A stretch of DNA of 64,000 bases from Vicinamibacterales bacterium (GCA_965222265.1 CBDCTP010000003.1:819579-883578); one strand, 5' to 3'; numbered from the stretch's first letter, positions 18,717-28,339 are shown. The notes: generated by a model from the letters alone, not told the origin. Made by a program: numbers and translations.

Positions 18717-19330
18717 TCCGGTCTCCCCGGATCCCAGCGCGGGAACCGGTCGAGGTGCGCCACTTCGTGCGCCAGGTTGTGGCACATGACGCAGGACCTC
18801 GTTCCCTCGCGCAGGTCGGCCAGAAAGCGCGCGTGGGCGGCCTGCTCCTCGTACGAACGGCCCCCTTGATGGCAGGCGAGGCAGGCCTGGTTCGCGAACG
18901 GCTCGTACAGCTCGACCGGATCGGAGACCGTCCCCCACACGGCGTGCCACACGTGCCGTACGCCTCGCAACTTGTCGTCGACGGCGCCGAACATCGTGTA
19001 GTTCGTGTGGCAGGTGTAGCAGGCACGGTCCACCGGAACCCGGCGGTTCTGATAGTGCGCCGCCGGCAGGAACCGCGGATCGTCGATGTGCAGGCTCTCC
19101 CGATAGGGCTCCATCCCGTGACAGGAGAGGCAGAACGTCGTAGTCTGCGCCTGCTCGTAGTGTCGCACCCCGCCGCCCAGCAGCACGAGCCCCGGCAGCG
19201 CGAAGAGGGCCGTGAACGCGACGATTCTGCCCCCGAGCGTGGCCGCCGCCGCGGGTCGACGGATCACGACCGCGATGAGCGCAAGGGCCGCGACGGCCAG
19301 GACACCCAGGCTGAAGTCGGCGCCCGTCAT
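18713..19330 (-). CDS. NapC/NirT/NrfH-family membrane-anchored tetraheme cytochrome c
   Basis: N-terminal TM helix plus four CxxCH (CLSCH, CYTCH, CLACH, CVMCH), 205 aa. Confidence 0.85.
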   Translation of the reverse strand: MTGADFSLGVLAVAALALIAVVIRRPAAAATLGGRIVAFTALFALPGLVLLGGGVRHYEQAQTTTFCLSCHGMEPYRESLHIDDPRFLPAAHYQNRRVPVDRACYTCHTNYTMFGAVDDKLRGVRHVWHAVWGTVSDPVELYEPFANQACLACHQGGRSYEEQAAHARFLADLREGTRSCVMCHNLAHEVAHLDRFPRWDPGRPE

Positions 19331-19352
19331 CGACCACGCTCCGTGCCGCCGG

Positions 19353-20669
19353 CTAGCGGCGCTCGCGCAGCTCTTGCGCCAGCGTCCTGATCTCGGTCAG
19401 GTCCTGCACCATCTCGCTCCAGCCGTACCACAGGGAGTAGTCGGGGTTGTTGTGAAAGGCGCCCTGGAAGGTCCGCATCCGGTGTTCCAGGTGCATCCTG
19501 AACAGGCGCTGTTCGATCACCGACGGCGCGTCGTGGAACGCCAGTAGGTCGGGATAGTCGTAGGCGTAGTGGTCCGGCCTGCGCAACACGCCGTCGGCGT
19601 AGAGTTCGGCGACGATGCGGATCGCCTCGGCCAGCAGGCCGTCCGCCTCCCGGATCATGTCGTCACCCTTCTCGAGCTCCGCGCGCACGAAGTTGCCGGA
19701 GTGACACCCTTCACAGACCGCGAGCATGCGATCCCGTTCGCGCTGCCAGTCCTCCTGGGTCAGCCGGGCGACGTCGGCCTGCCGCACGACCTCCAGGCGC
19801 GGCGTCGGGTTGCCTTCGGGGTCCAGCACCCCAAGGGCTTGCAAGATGGTTGTCTGGTCGGCGGCCCACTCCGGATCCTCCGCGAGGGGAAGGCGCACCG
19901 CCAGGAACCCCCAGGCGGTCCGGACCTCGTGGTCTCCCTGCGGCATGTGGCACGTCTGGCAGGTGGGCGCCGCGGCCTCGTCCGGCAACGTGCCGTTCTG
20001 CTTCAGCAGATGTCGCACCCCGTGCTTGGACGACGAGTACATCTCCCATTGCGGGTGGTCGATGCCCATGTGGCACGTCCGGCACGCCTGCGGTTCCTGC
20101 GCCTCCGCGACCGAGAACAGGTGGCGCGTGTGACAGGCATCGCACGAAGCCAGGCCGAACGTGGCGCCATCGGTCCGCAGTTGCCGCATGTCATCCTCGG
20201 ACTTGATCCCGACACGGTGGCACCCGCCGCAGCCCTTCATGCCCTCGGTGAGCGCCATCGGCAGCCAGTGCGTCGTGGGCATGGCGTTCATGCTGGCCCA
20301 CGCCAGGGCGTGCTTGCCTCCCGTGAACTGCTCCGCCTGGATGGGATGGCAGCCCGCGCACACCTCCACCGTAGCCATCCGGACGAGGGCGACATCGTCC
20401 GCCGCACTGTGCCCGTCGCCGTGACACAGGCTGCACTCGACGCCCGCCGCGCTGTGCCGGCTCAACTCCCAGTCCGTGACGATACCGGGTGTCGCCTCGC
20501 GATGACACTGCACGCATTCGGACGCGGCTACCGGCGGATCGTCCCCGGCGCTGCACGCCGCCAAGGCGAGGACACCCACCAGCATCCCGCCGGCACCCAG
20601 GCCGCTCGACAAGCGAACACGCTGGAGGGATGCGGACACTCCCGGCTCGACCGATGCCATCGCACTCAT
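19353..20669 (-). CDS. Octaheme hydroxylamine-oxidoreductase (HAO)-family cytochrome c
   Basis: Eight CxxCH (CVQCH, CSLCH, CAGCH, CGGCH, CDACH, CRTCH, CQTCH, CEGCH); CHMGIDHPQWEMYSSSKHG segment typical of the HAO family; signal/lipoprotein-like N-terminus. Confidence 0.75.
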   Translation of the reverse strand: MSAMASVEPGVSASLQRVRLSSGLGAGGMLVGVLALAACSAGDDPPVAASECVQCHREATPGIVTDWELSRHSAAGVECSLCHGDGHSAADDVALVRMATVEVCAGCHPIQAEQFTGGKHALAWASMNAMPTTHWLPMALTEGMKGCGGCHRVGIKSEDDMRQLRTDGATFGLASCDACHTRHLFSVAEAQEPQACRTCHMGIDHPQWEMYSSSKHGVRHLLKQNGTLPDEAAAPTCQTCHMPQGDHEVRTAWGFLAVRLPLAEDPEWAADQTTILQALGVLDPEGNPTPRLEVVRQADVARLTQEDWQRERDRMLAVCEGCHSGNFVRAELEKGDDMIREADGLLAEAIRIVAELYADGVLRRPDHYAYDYPDLLAFHDAPSVIEQRLFRMHLEHRMRTFQGAFHNNPDYSLWYGWSEMVQDLTEIRTLAQELRERR

Positions 20670-21129
20670 GCGTTCTGGACGTGCACGATCCGTTCCGGCT
20701 CGGGCTGACGCGTTCTCAAGCGTCGGTTCGCTGGTGGTCGCAGCAGGCTGTGGGCGCGCATCAAGCGTCCCGATTGCGTTACCGGCCTACCGTGCGTCCG
20801 CGTTGATTCGGCAACGGCGAGTCGGGGACTAGCCCCCGACGGCCGCGAAAAAACTCGCACGTCCGCCGGTTTATCCGAGACCCCGCACTCGCGGGTGGCG
20901 GCAGGCTTGGGCTGGCGTTCCGGCAGCCCTAGGGACGGACGGAGGACCACGGCGGGAAGTCGCGGAGCGCCGCTCGGGAGGAGGTCGCGCGCGTCTACGC
21001 GTCCGCGTTCTCCAGTCGACGACCCCGCTTCTCCGCGGGAGTTGGCGCCGGCACCGTGACCTCGAAGACACCGTCCTGGAAGCTCGCCGTCGCCTTGTCA
21101 CCTCCTGATCGCAAAGGCGCTGGCGTGGA

Positions 21130-21810
21130 GTCACGAAATCTGCTGGGGCGCGCTCACCGGCCGGTGCTGGAGTGGAGCGTCGCCATGGAGCACCGGACCG
21201 ACAACCCCGTGCGACCGCGTGCGACCGGTCCTCGGCCCGCAACGCGATACCGTGCGGCACATGCGGGCGCTGCCCCATCGCGACGTGGCGGCGGCGGTTG
21301 GGATGGTGCGGGCGTCGCGGTCGACGCCGGCGGTCAGGCTCGCGTTCGAGTTCCTGGTCTTGACGGCGGCGCGCTCCGCCGAGGTGCGGCTGGCGACGTG
21401 GGACGAGATCGACACGGCCGGCCGCGTCTGGACCGTCCCGGCTACTCGCATGAAGATGAACCGCGAGCACCGCGTTCCGCTCAGCGGGTGTGCGCGGGCG
21501 GTCCTCGACGCGGCGCGGACGCTCGCCGACGGCAATCCGCTCGTGTTCCCGAACCGCTGGGGCAACCCCGTCAAGGCACGTTCCTGTCGGAGCTGCTCAA
21601 GAACCTGGGAATCGCGGCCGTGCCGCACGGCTTCCGCTCCTCGTTCCGGGACTGGGCCGCCGAGGAGACGGACCACCCGCGGGAGGTCATCGAGGCGGCG
21701 CTGGCGCACGCGGTCCGCAACCAGGTCGAGGCAGCCTATGCCCGGTCGGATCTGTTCGAGCGGCGCCGGCGGCTGATGGACGAGTGGGCGGCCTATCTTG
21801 CTGGCGACCC
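21130..21810 (+). pseudogene. Tyrosine recombinase (P4-type phage integrase), N-terminally truncated and frameshifted
   Basis: LAFEFLVLTAARSAEVRLATWDEID...RMKMNREHRVPLS in one frame, then LSELLKNLGIAAVPHGFRSSFRDWAAEE...EAALAHAVRNQVEAAYARSDL in another; no N-terminal domains. Confidence 0.7.
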
Positions 21811-22200
21811 ATCGTCCACGCTGAACGACCTCCGGAGAACGGCCCTGGTGGGGGCGCTCAGCCGCGGGAGGTCGGCCAGGGCGCGCGCCACGCGCACGTG
21901 CTCGCGGGCCGCGCCGGGGGCGAGGCCGATGCGCCAGCTCAGCCAGTGGGCGCAGGAGGCGAAGCCTTCCCAGCCGCCGCGTTCGTCGAACTCGCGGATC
22001 AGGACCAGCAGCTCGTAGGCGGCCGCCTGGATGCAGGCGGCCGCCTCGGCAATCCGATCGCCGAGGGCCTCGTTGTCGGGCGGGGACTCTCGAGCATCCA
22101 CGGAGAGTGGAGAGGGCGGCCCGGGCGCGGCAGGCGCGGCGGAAGCCGGGGTCGGCAGGGGGGACGATGCAACGGGAAGGGGGCTGGAACCAGCAGGCAT
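21793..22200 (-). pseudogene. DUF222 / HNH-endonuclease N-terminal fragment
   Basis: AAACIQAAAYELLVLIREFDERGGWEGFASCAHWLSWRIGLAPGAAREHVRVARAL matches the DUF222 N-region; there is no HNH part, and it ends at the integrase junction. Confidence 0.5.
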
Positions 22201-22385
22201 GACTCCATCATAAGGCCCGTTTTTTCCACCGCTTGTACGATCCCAGGAGGGTCGATCGGGCCGTGCTGCGGCGTCGCGCCCTCCCCGGCCGGCGACAGGC
22301 TGCCAGCGCCCGGGCAGGGTGCTCGGAGGGGCATGTCTGGCGCGGGTTCGAATCCGCGGCGGCCGGCCTCGAAAGAGGCTGTCAA

Positions 22386-22652
22386 GTGGAAAGTGCATGC
22401 GGGGCGAAAAAAGGGCGACGGTGTGAGTCGGCGGCGGCGCGGCGGGCCGGGCGCGTCGACTTCCTCGTTCGGGAAGCGGCGCGCCGTGCAGCCGAGCGCG
22501 CCCGCGCCGCCATCCGGGCGTCTCTCGAGCGGTATGCCAGCGACGGGCTCCGCTTGCGCAAGCGGCTGGCCGGGCTGGATCCCCGCGACGGCCGGCCGCT
22601 CTCCCAGGTGCTTCAGGACGCCCTCTACGACGAACGCGGGCTGCCCCGGTGA
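22386..22652 (+). CDS. VapB-type antitoxin remnant (start uncertain)
   Basis: C-terminus ...LSQVLQDALYDERGLPR is typical of antitoxins paired with this VapC type; the N-terminus is atypical; 4-nt overlap with the PIN gene. Confidence 0.35.
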   Translation: MESACGAKKGRRCESAAARRAGRVDFLVREAARRAAERARAAIRASLERYASDGLRLRKRLAGLDPRDGRPLSQVLQDALYDERGLPR

Positions 22653-22985
22653 TCGTCGTCGACACCTTGGCAATCGTCGCCATTCTCCTGGCGGAGGATG
22701 AGGGCGCGGCGTTCCGGTCGCGGATTGAAGCGGCGGGCGGCGCGTTGGTGTCCGCGGTGTCGGCGGTCGAGCTGGCGGCGGTCGCGGGCCGTGACGACGC
22801 GTTGTGCGATGCGGCCCGGTCGCTGCTGAACGAGCCATACGTCGCCGTTGAGCCGGTCGACGCGGTGCAGGCCGCCATCGCGTCCGACGCCTACCGCCGC
22901 TTCGGCAAGGGCCGCTCGAGCGCGGAGACTGCCGCTGCTGTTCAAGGGCGACGACTTCTCGCAGACCGATGTCGAACGTGGCTAG
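22649..22985 (+). pseudogene. vapC: VapC (PIN) toxin with an internal deletion
   Basis: MIVVDTLAIVAILL...YRRFGKGR, then 16 nt, then PLLFKGDDFSQTDVERG* in the +1 frame; the usual ~20-aa HPAxLNFGDCxAYA segment is absent. Confidence 0.7.
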
Positions 22986-23014
22986 GATGTTATCATGCAT
23001 CGGCATCACATGTC

Positions 23015-23233
23015 ATGCGGACCATCGTAGATCTCCCGGAGGAGCAGGTTCGGCGGCTCGGTGAGTTCTGTCGCCGCGAGGGCGTGTCGCGCGCGGAGGC
23101 CGTCCGGCGGGCGGTGGGGGACTATCTGGCCGCTCACGCCCTGCGCGAGCGGCAGGACGCATTCGGCATGTGGCGCGACCGGCGGGTGGACGGCCTGGAG
23201 TACGAGGGCCGGCTGCGGCGCGAGTGGTCCTGA
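23015..23233 (+). CDS. vapB: Ribbon-helix-helix (CopG/VapB-type) antitoxin
   Basis: MRTIVDLPEEQVRRLGEFCRREGVSRAEAVRRAVGDYL; TGATG overlap with the downstream PIN gene. Confidence 0.7.
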   Translation: MRTIVDLPEEQVRRLGEFCRREGVSRAEAVRRAVGDYLAAHALRERQDAFGMWRDRRVDGLEYEGRLRREWS

Positions 23234-23616
23234 TGCGCGCGGTGATCGACACCAACATCCTGATTGACTATCTTGCCGGCGTGGAGGCGGCCCGCGACGA
23301 GCTCGCCCGGCATGCCGACGCGTCGATCAGCGCCATCACCTGGATGGAGGTGCTCGTCGGCGCAGCGGACGAGCCGGAAGCGGAGCGTCTCAGGTGGTTC
23401 CTGTCCGGCTTCCACCGCATCGCCATCGACGACGCGGTGGCGGAGTTGGCGGTGGACATCCGGCGCACGCATCGGATGCGGTTGCCTGATGCCATCATCT
23501 GGGCCAGCGCCCGTAGCGTCGGCGGTCTGCTCGTGACGAGAAACACGAGAGACTTCCCGAGCGACGATCCTGGCGTTCGAGTGCCCTACTCGATCACCGG
23601 CGGCGGTGTCCCGTGA
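23233..23616 (+). CDS. vapC: VapC (PIN-domain) toxin, apparently intact
   Basis: MRAVIDTNILIDYL...WMEVL...LPDAIIWASA...LVTRNTRDF (PIN acidic residues present). Confidence 0.8.
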   Translation: MRAVIDTNILIDYLAGVEAARDELARHADASISAITWMEVLVGAADEPEAERLRWFLSGFHRIAIDDAVAELAVDIRRTHRMRLPDAIIWASARSVGGLLVTRNTRDFPSDDPGVRVPYSITGGGVP

Positions 23617-26046
23617 CTGGCCCCTCCGCTGCCCCGCCCCGCCCGCCGATGCGCTGGAGGTCCGCGCGCGGATCGTCGACGCGCTGCGGCTCGACCTGGT
23701 CGGCCCGTGGGATGGCCACGCGCTCGCCGCCGAGAGGAGTCGAACGACGAGCGCAAAGCGGCGCGGAAAGCCTTCTTTCCCTCGTCCATCGGGTTGAGCT
23801 TTCTCGTGCCCGAAGCGTGCCGGACCGTGACGGTCACGGTGCGCTGGGGCGACTACGAGCTGGCCGAGATCGACACGGAAGGCGGACGTAGGTCCACCGT
23901 CTGGGAGCGGACCCCGCGCGAGGCGGCGCGGTCGGTACCACTGACGGGCGCGGGCGCGCCGGCGGTGCACGAGGTGGAGGACTCGGGCGGCCTTGAGCTC
24001 AGCGTGGTCGAGCGGCCGATTGTCGCCGACGAGCTGACCGGCACGCTGCTGCCAGCCGGCACGCGCTCGGTGTCGTGCTTTCTGGTCAACCGGCGCGTCC
24101 CGGACGGCGAGCAGCCGGACCGCGCCTACGCCTTCCAGGCCGAGATCGAGGTCGTGGCGGACACCGGCTCGGCGAATGCCGGCAGGTCCGCACCGCGTGG
24201 GTCGGCACCGCCGAGGTGGAGAAGACGAAGACCGCGCCCGTCCCCGGCGTCGAGCTGTCGATGGAGGCGCTGGGCCGGTTGTCCGACCGCGCCGCCGTGG
24301 AGCAGGCGCTCGCACCCCTCGTCGAGCGCTACCGCGACTGGATAGCCGCCGGCCGGCACGAGGTCGCCGGCTCGCGGTACGGCAGCTGGCCGTTCGAGAT
24401 CGGCCTGTGGGTGGGGAAGGGGGCCACGCCGAACGTCCTGGGCCGCAAGGGCGACAACCGCCCGGACTCGGCCCGCGCCAGGGCGCGGCGCTTCAAGAGC
24501 AACCCGCGCGGCAACCCGTCGCCGATCCCCCTCGAGGCCTGCCCCTGGTGCGGCGCGCGCTTCGAGCCCGACGCGTTCACGTTGCGGCCGAACGACGACC
24601 GGCCGCTGGAGCTGCGCATCGTCTGCACCAACTTCGAGTGCGACTTCAGCGCCGGCGTCTCGGAGCACCGCTGCCGCCGCCCGACCTCGTCATCCAGGAC
24701 GAGCTGCATCTCATCGCCGGGCCGCTCGGCACCATGGCGGGGTTGTATGAAGCCGCCATCGAGGCGCTTGCGTTGCGGGAGGTCGACGGGCACGTCGTCA
24801 AGCCGAAGATCGTCGCGTCGACGGCCACGGCGCGGCGGGCGCGGGACCAGGTGCAGGCGCTGTTCGCCCGGCCGCTCACGCAGTTGTTCCCGCCGCCCGG
24901 CCCCGGCCGGCGCGACACGTTCTTCGCGCGGACCGCGCCTTCGTCCGACACGCCCGCGCGGCTGTACGCCGGCATCGCCTCTCAGGGCCGCAACCCCAAG
25001 GTGCTGATGCGGCGCGTCCTGCTGGCGTTGATGGGCGCCGCGGCGCGCGCGTACCGCGACGCCGGGGGCGACCGGAATCCGGACAACCCGGCCGACTCGT
25101 ACATGACGGCGCTGCTCTACTTCAACAGCCTGCGCGAGCTGGGCGGCGCGCGGCGGATCCTCGAGGAGGAGGTCCGGAACACGATCAACGAGTACGGCGC
25201 GCGCAAGCGGGTCAACGAGCCGCGCGGGCTGTTCCGCGACAGGACCACCTTCTCCGAGGTGCTGGAGCTGACCTCGCGCGTGCCGACCGACAGGGTCGCC
25301 GCAGCGCGCCGCCGCCTCGAGTGCCGGTTCCGCGAATCCGATCACGTGGACTGCGCGCTGGGGACGAACATGATCTCGGTCGGCCTCGACATCCCCCGGC
25401 TCGGGCTGATGCTCGTGCTCGGGCAGCCGAAGACGCACGCGGAGTACATCCAGGCCACCAGCCGCGTCGGGCGCGGCGACGCCGGGCCGGGGCTGTTCGT
25501 CACGGTGCTGAACATCCACAAGCCGCGCGACCGTTCCCACTACGAACGCTTCGGCCACTACCACGAGACGTTCTACCGGTCCGTGGAGGTCGCCGTTCGT
25601 CCACGGCAGCGACGGCGGCTGTCCTCCGCACCGGCCGCTCTGTCTCGCACCTCCTGATCCAGTCGCTCGCCATGCAGTGCGGCTATCCGGCCAGCTCTCT
25701 GCGCGAGCGCGTGTGCGCGGAGGAGGGACGCTACGGCCTGCTCGTCTACACCGGCAGCCCGGACGCCGAGGGCACGCTCGGCGGACTCGTGCAACAGGCG
25801 CGGCACCTGGACGACCACATCGTGCAGACGCTGCAATCCGGCGAGCTCTGCTCGAACGATCCCACCTGCGCGGAGCATGCGCCCGGCGAGAGCATGGAGG
25901 CCCGCTGGCTGCACGGCGCCGCGTGCCACGGCTGCGCGCTGGTCGCCGAGACATCGTGCGAGATGCGCAACGACTACCTCGACCGCGCGCTCGTCGTGCC
26001 GGTGCTCGGCGAGCCCGACGCCGCGTTCTTCGGCCGACCCGCATGA
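23606..26046 (+). pseudogene. SF2 DEAH helicase with C-terminal DUF1998 zinc domain (DrmA/DrmB-like), multiply deleted and frameshifted
   Basis: Recognisable pieces lie in at least five frame segments: LRLDLVGPW / FFPSSIGLSFLV / CPWCGARFEPD...CTNFECDF / DLVIQDELHLIAGPLG...TNMISVGLDIPRLG...QATSRVGR / HLLIQSLAMQCGYPASSLRERV...CSNDPTCAEH...GAACHGCALVAETSCEMRNDYLDR. No Walker A piece was found. Confidence 0.65.
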
Positions 26047-26586
26047 CTGACGCGCTGCTGGCCCTGCCGTCCCACCTGCGCAGGCGGCTGGAGAACGCCC
26101 TGCAGGCGGGTCTGCTCGCGCCTCCCTACGAGGCGGGTGCCGTGCCGGGCCTGCATGCGCGCGACACCCGCCGCGTATACGAGGAGTTGCTGGGAGCGGC
26201 CGAGCACTCCGCCTGGGTGACGACCTTCGCCTTCTTCGATGGCCCGCGCGCGTTCGAGGTGCTGGCCGGCCGGATGGACGAGACGCCTGCGCTGAACGTG
26301 ACGCTGCTGCTGAGCGTCCAGCGCCGGAAGGGTGATACCACCAGCGCGGATCGTCTCGTGCGGCAGTTCGCGGACCGCTTCTGGACGCAGGAGTGGCCCG
26401 GGACGCGGCGGCCGCGCGTCTTCTACGACCCGCGGTCTCGCGGTTGTCGTCGACGACGTGGCCGTGTTCGTGACGTCGGCCAACCTGACGGAGGCGGCGC
26501 TCGACCGGAACATCGAGATCGGGCTGCTCGTCCGCGACCGCACGCTGGCCGCCACCGTCACGGCTGGTGCACGTGCAACGTCGTGA
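26043..26586 (+). pseudogene. PLD-family (HKD) nuclease, DrmC-like, with the catalytic HxK region deleted
   Basis: MTDALLALPSHLRRRLE...RVFYDPRS, then a frame shift to AVVVDDVAVFVTSANLTEAALDRNIEIGLLVRD; the His-x-Lys that normally precedes VVVDD is missing; ATGA overlap with the helicase stop. Confidence 0.6.
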
Positions 26587-26654
26587 CGAACGCCCCGCAC
26601 GTCGAGGCCTGAGGCGTTGCCGGCCCGCGGCCGGAGGCGGTACGCTCCACAGCG

Positions 26655-27884
26655 ATGGATCGGCGCCTCCTGACGCGGGTCGTGCTGCGGAACTACAAGA
26701 GCATCGCCGCCTGCGATGTCGAGCCTGCCCAGCTCTCTTTCCTTGTGGGCCCGAACGGCTCGGGCAAGAGCAACTTCCTCGACGCGCTGCGTTTCATTGC
26801 CGACTCGTTGCGGTTCTCGATCGATCACGCGCTGCGAGACCGGGGCGGAATCAACGAGGTGCGCAGGCGGTCCGGCGGCCATCCGACGCATTTCGGGATT
26901 CGCCTGGAGTTCAACCTGGAGCACTCGCAGGGTCACTACACGTTCAGGGTGGGAGCCAAGGCGGGGGGCGGATACGACGTGCAGCGAGAGGAGTGCCGTG
27001 TCTTTCGCCGCAGTGTCAGACCGCTGTTTCAATCCAGTAGCGACGAACATCACTACTACCGGGTCGAGAGCGGGCGGGTAGTCAAGAGCACCGTGTCACC
27101 GCCGCCCGCGGCCGCAGCCGATCGCCTGTACCTCGTCAACGTGTCGGGTGTCGACGCCTTCCGGCCGGTTTACGACGCGCTGTCGGGCGCAGGGTTCTAC
27201 AACCTCAGTCCGGACGTGATTCGCGATCTCCAGCCGACCGACCCCGGCGAGCTGCTGAAGCGGGACGGCAGCAACGCCGCCAGCGTGCTGTCCAACCTCG
27301 CGACTCGATCTCCCGATTTCAAGAAGCGGATCGAGTCGTACCTCGGGAAGGTCGTTCCGGGAGTCGCGGGAGTGGACCGACGACCCGTCGGACCTCGAGA
27401 GACGCTCGAGTTCCGGCAGGAGGTTCGTGGTGCGGAGCATCCTTGGCGGTTCTTCGCGAGCAACATGTCGGATGGGACGCTGCGGGCGTTCGGCGTGCTT
27501 CTGGCGCTCTTCCAGGTCGCCGGGGACGGCGCATCGCAGCGGCGGCTCGTGGGCATTGAAGAACCGGAGGTCGCGCTTCACCCCGCAGCCGCCGGGGTGC
27601 TAATCGATGGTCTCCGGGACGCCGCCGAGCAAGCGCAAATCCTGGTGACGAGTCACAGCCCCGACCTCCTCGACAACGGCGAGATTTCCCCCGACTCAAT
27701 CCTTGCGGTCGTCGCCGAGCATGGCGAGAGCCGTATCGGTCCACTGGACGATGTCGGCCGCGCCGTGCTGCGCGACCACCTCTATACCGCCGGCGAGTTC
27801 CTCAGAATGGGCCATCTCGCTCCGGACCCGAAGCTTTCCCCCATGACACCGAAGCAGATTCAGCTGTTCGGTCCCGAACCCTGA
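26655..27884 (+). CDS. ABC/OLD-type AAA ATPase (AAA_15/AAA_21-like), apparently intact
   Basis: Walker A GPNGSGKSN, Walker B/D-loop LVGIEEPEVALHP, H-loop TSHSPDLL, 409 aa. Confidence 0.8.
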   Translation: MDRRLLTRVVLRNYKSIAACDVEPAQLSFLVGPNGSGKSNFLDALRFIADSLRFSIDHALRDRGGINEVRRRSGGHPTHFGIRLEFNLEHSQGHYTFRVGAKAGGGYDVQREECRVFRRSVRPLFQSSSDEHHYYRVESGRVVKSTVSPPPAAAADRLYLVNVSGVDAFRPVYDALSGAGFYNLSPDVIRDLQPTDPGELLKRDGSNAASVLSNLATRSPDFKKRIESYLGKVVPGVAGVDRRPVGPRETLEFRQEVRGAEHPWRFFASNMSDGTLRAFGVLLALFQVAGDGASQRRLVGIEEPEVALHPAAAGVLIDGLRDAAEQAQILVTSHSPDLLDNGEISPDSILAVVAEHGESRIGPLDDVGRAVLRDHLYTAGEFLRMGHLAPDPKLSPMTPKQIQLFGPEP

Positions 27885-27922
27885 GCTGTGGCCAGGATCG
27901 CAACGATTGCGTTCCGATCCTG

Positions 27923-28312
27923 TTGCGGCGGATCGCAGAACGCGTGTCGCCGGGCTGCCTCGTACAGGTCCCGCGACCCGTCCGAGTCCAGCGTCAGCGG
28001 GTGTTGAAGGCGGGAGAGCTGGAGCGAGCCGTCGATCTGGCTGCCCGACAGGCAGGAACGAGCGGGTGCGTCCTCATCCTGCTCGATGCGGAAACCGACT
28101 GCCCTCGGCAGCTGGCGCCGGATCTGCTACGGCGTGCCAACGAAGCCCGACGGGACCGAGACATCCGGGTCGTGTTGGCGAAGGCAGAATACGAAGCATG
28201 GTTTCTGGCGGCGGCCGACTCAATCGCTGGACAGCACGGCATAGGCGCCTCTACGGAACGACCGGACGATCCGGAGGCAGTCACAGGCGCGAAGGATAGA
28301 TGCTCGAGGTAG
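27923..28312 (+). CDS. DUF4276-like protein, apparently truncated at both ends
   Basis: VPILLRRIAERV...CVLILLDAETDCP...VVLAKAEYEAWFLAA pattern; only a TTG start; the expected first strand (GTG ARIA...) sits in another frame at 27888; ends abruptly at ...GAKDRCSR. Confidence 0.5.
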   Translation: MRRIAERVSPGCLVQVPRPVRVQRQRVLKAGELERAVDLAARQAGTSGCVLILLDAETDCPRQLAPDLLRRANEARRDRDIRVVLAKAEYEAWFLAAADSIAGQHGIGASTERPDDPEAVTGAKDRCSR

Positions 28313-28339
28313 TAATCGTCTGGTCGCCGCCGGAGGAGC

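Noticed and set aside
20818-20850. Hairpin GTCGGGG-ACTAGC-CCCCGAC followed by an A-run, as a terminator
   Set aside because: No T-tract follows the stem in either transcriptional direction that would fit a gene end. It lies upstream of the hao-like operon rather than downstream of any gene.
22287-22368. Functional tRNA gene
   Set aside because: It has GGTTCGAATCC and acceptor-like pairing, but the T-stem does not pair and three extra nucleotides separate it from the acceptor strand. No D arm or anticodon arm can be drawn. It is kept only as a possible remnant.
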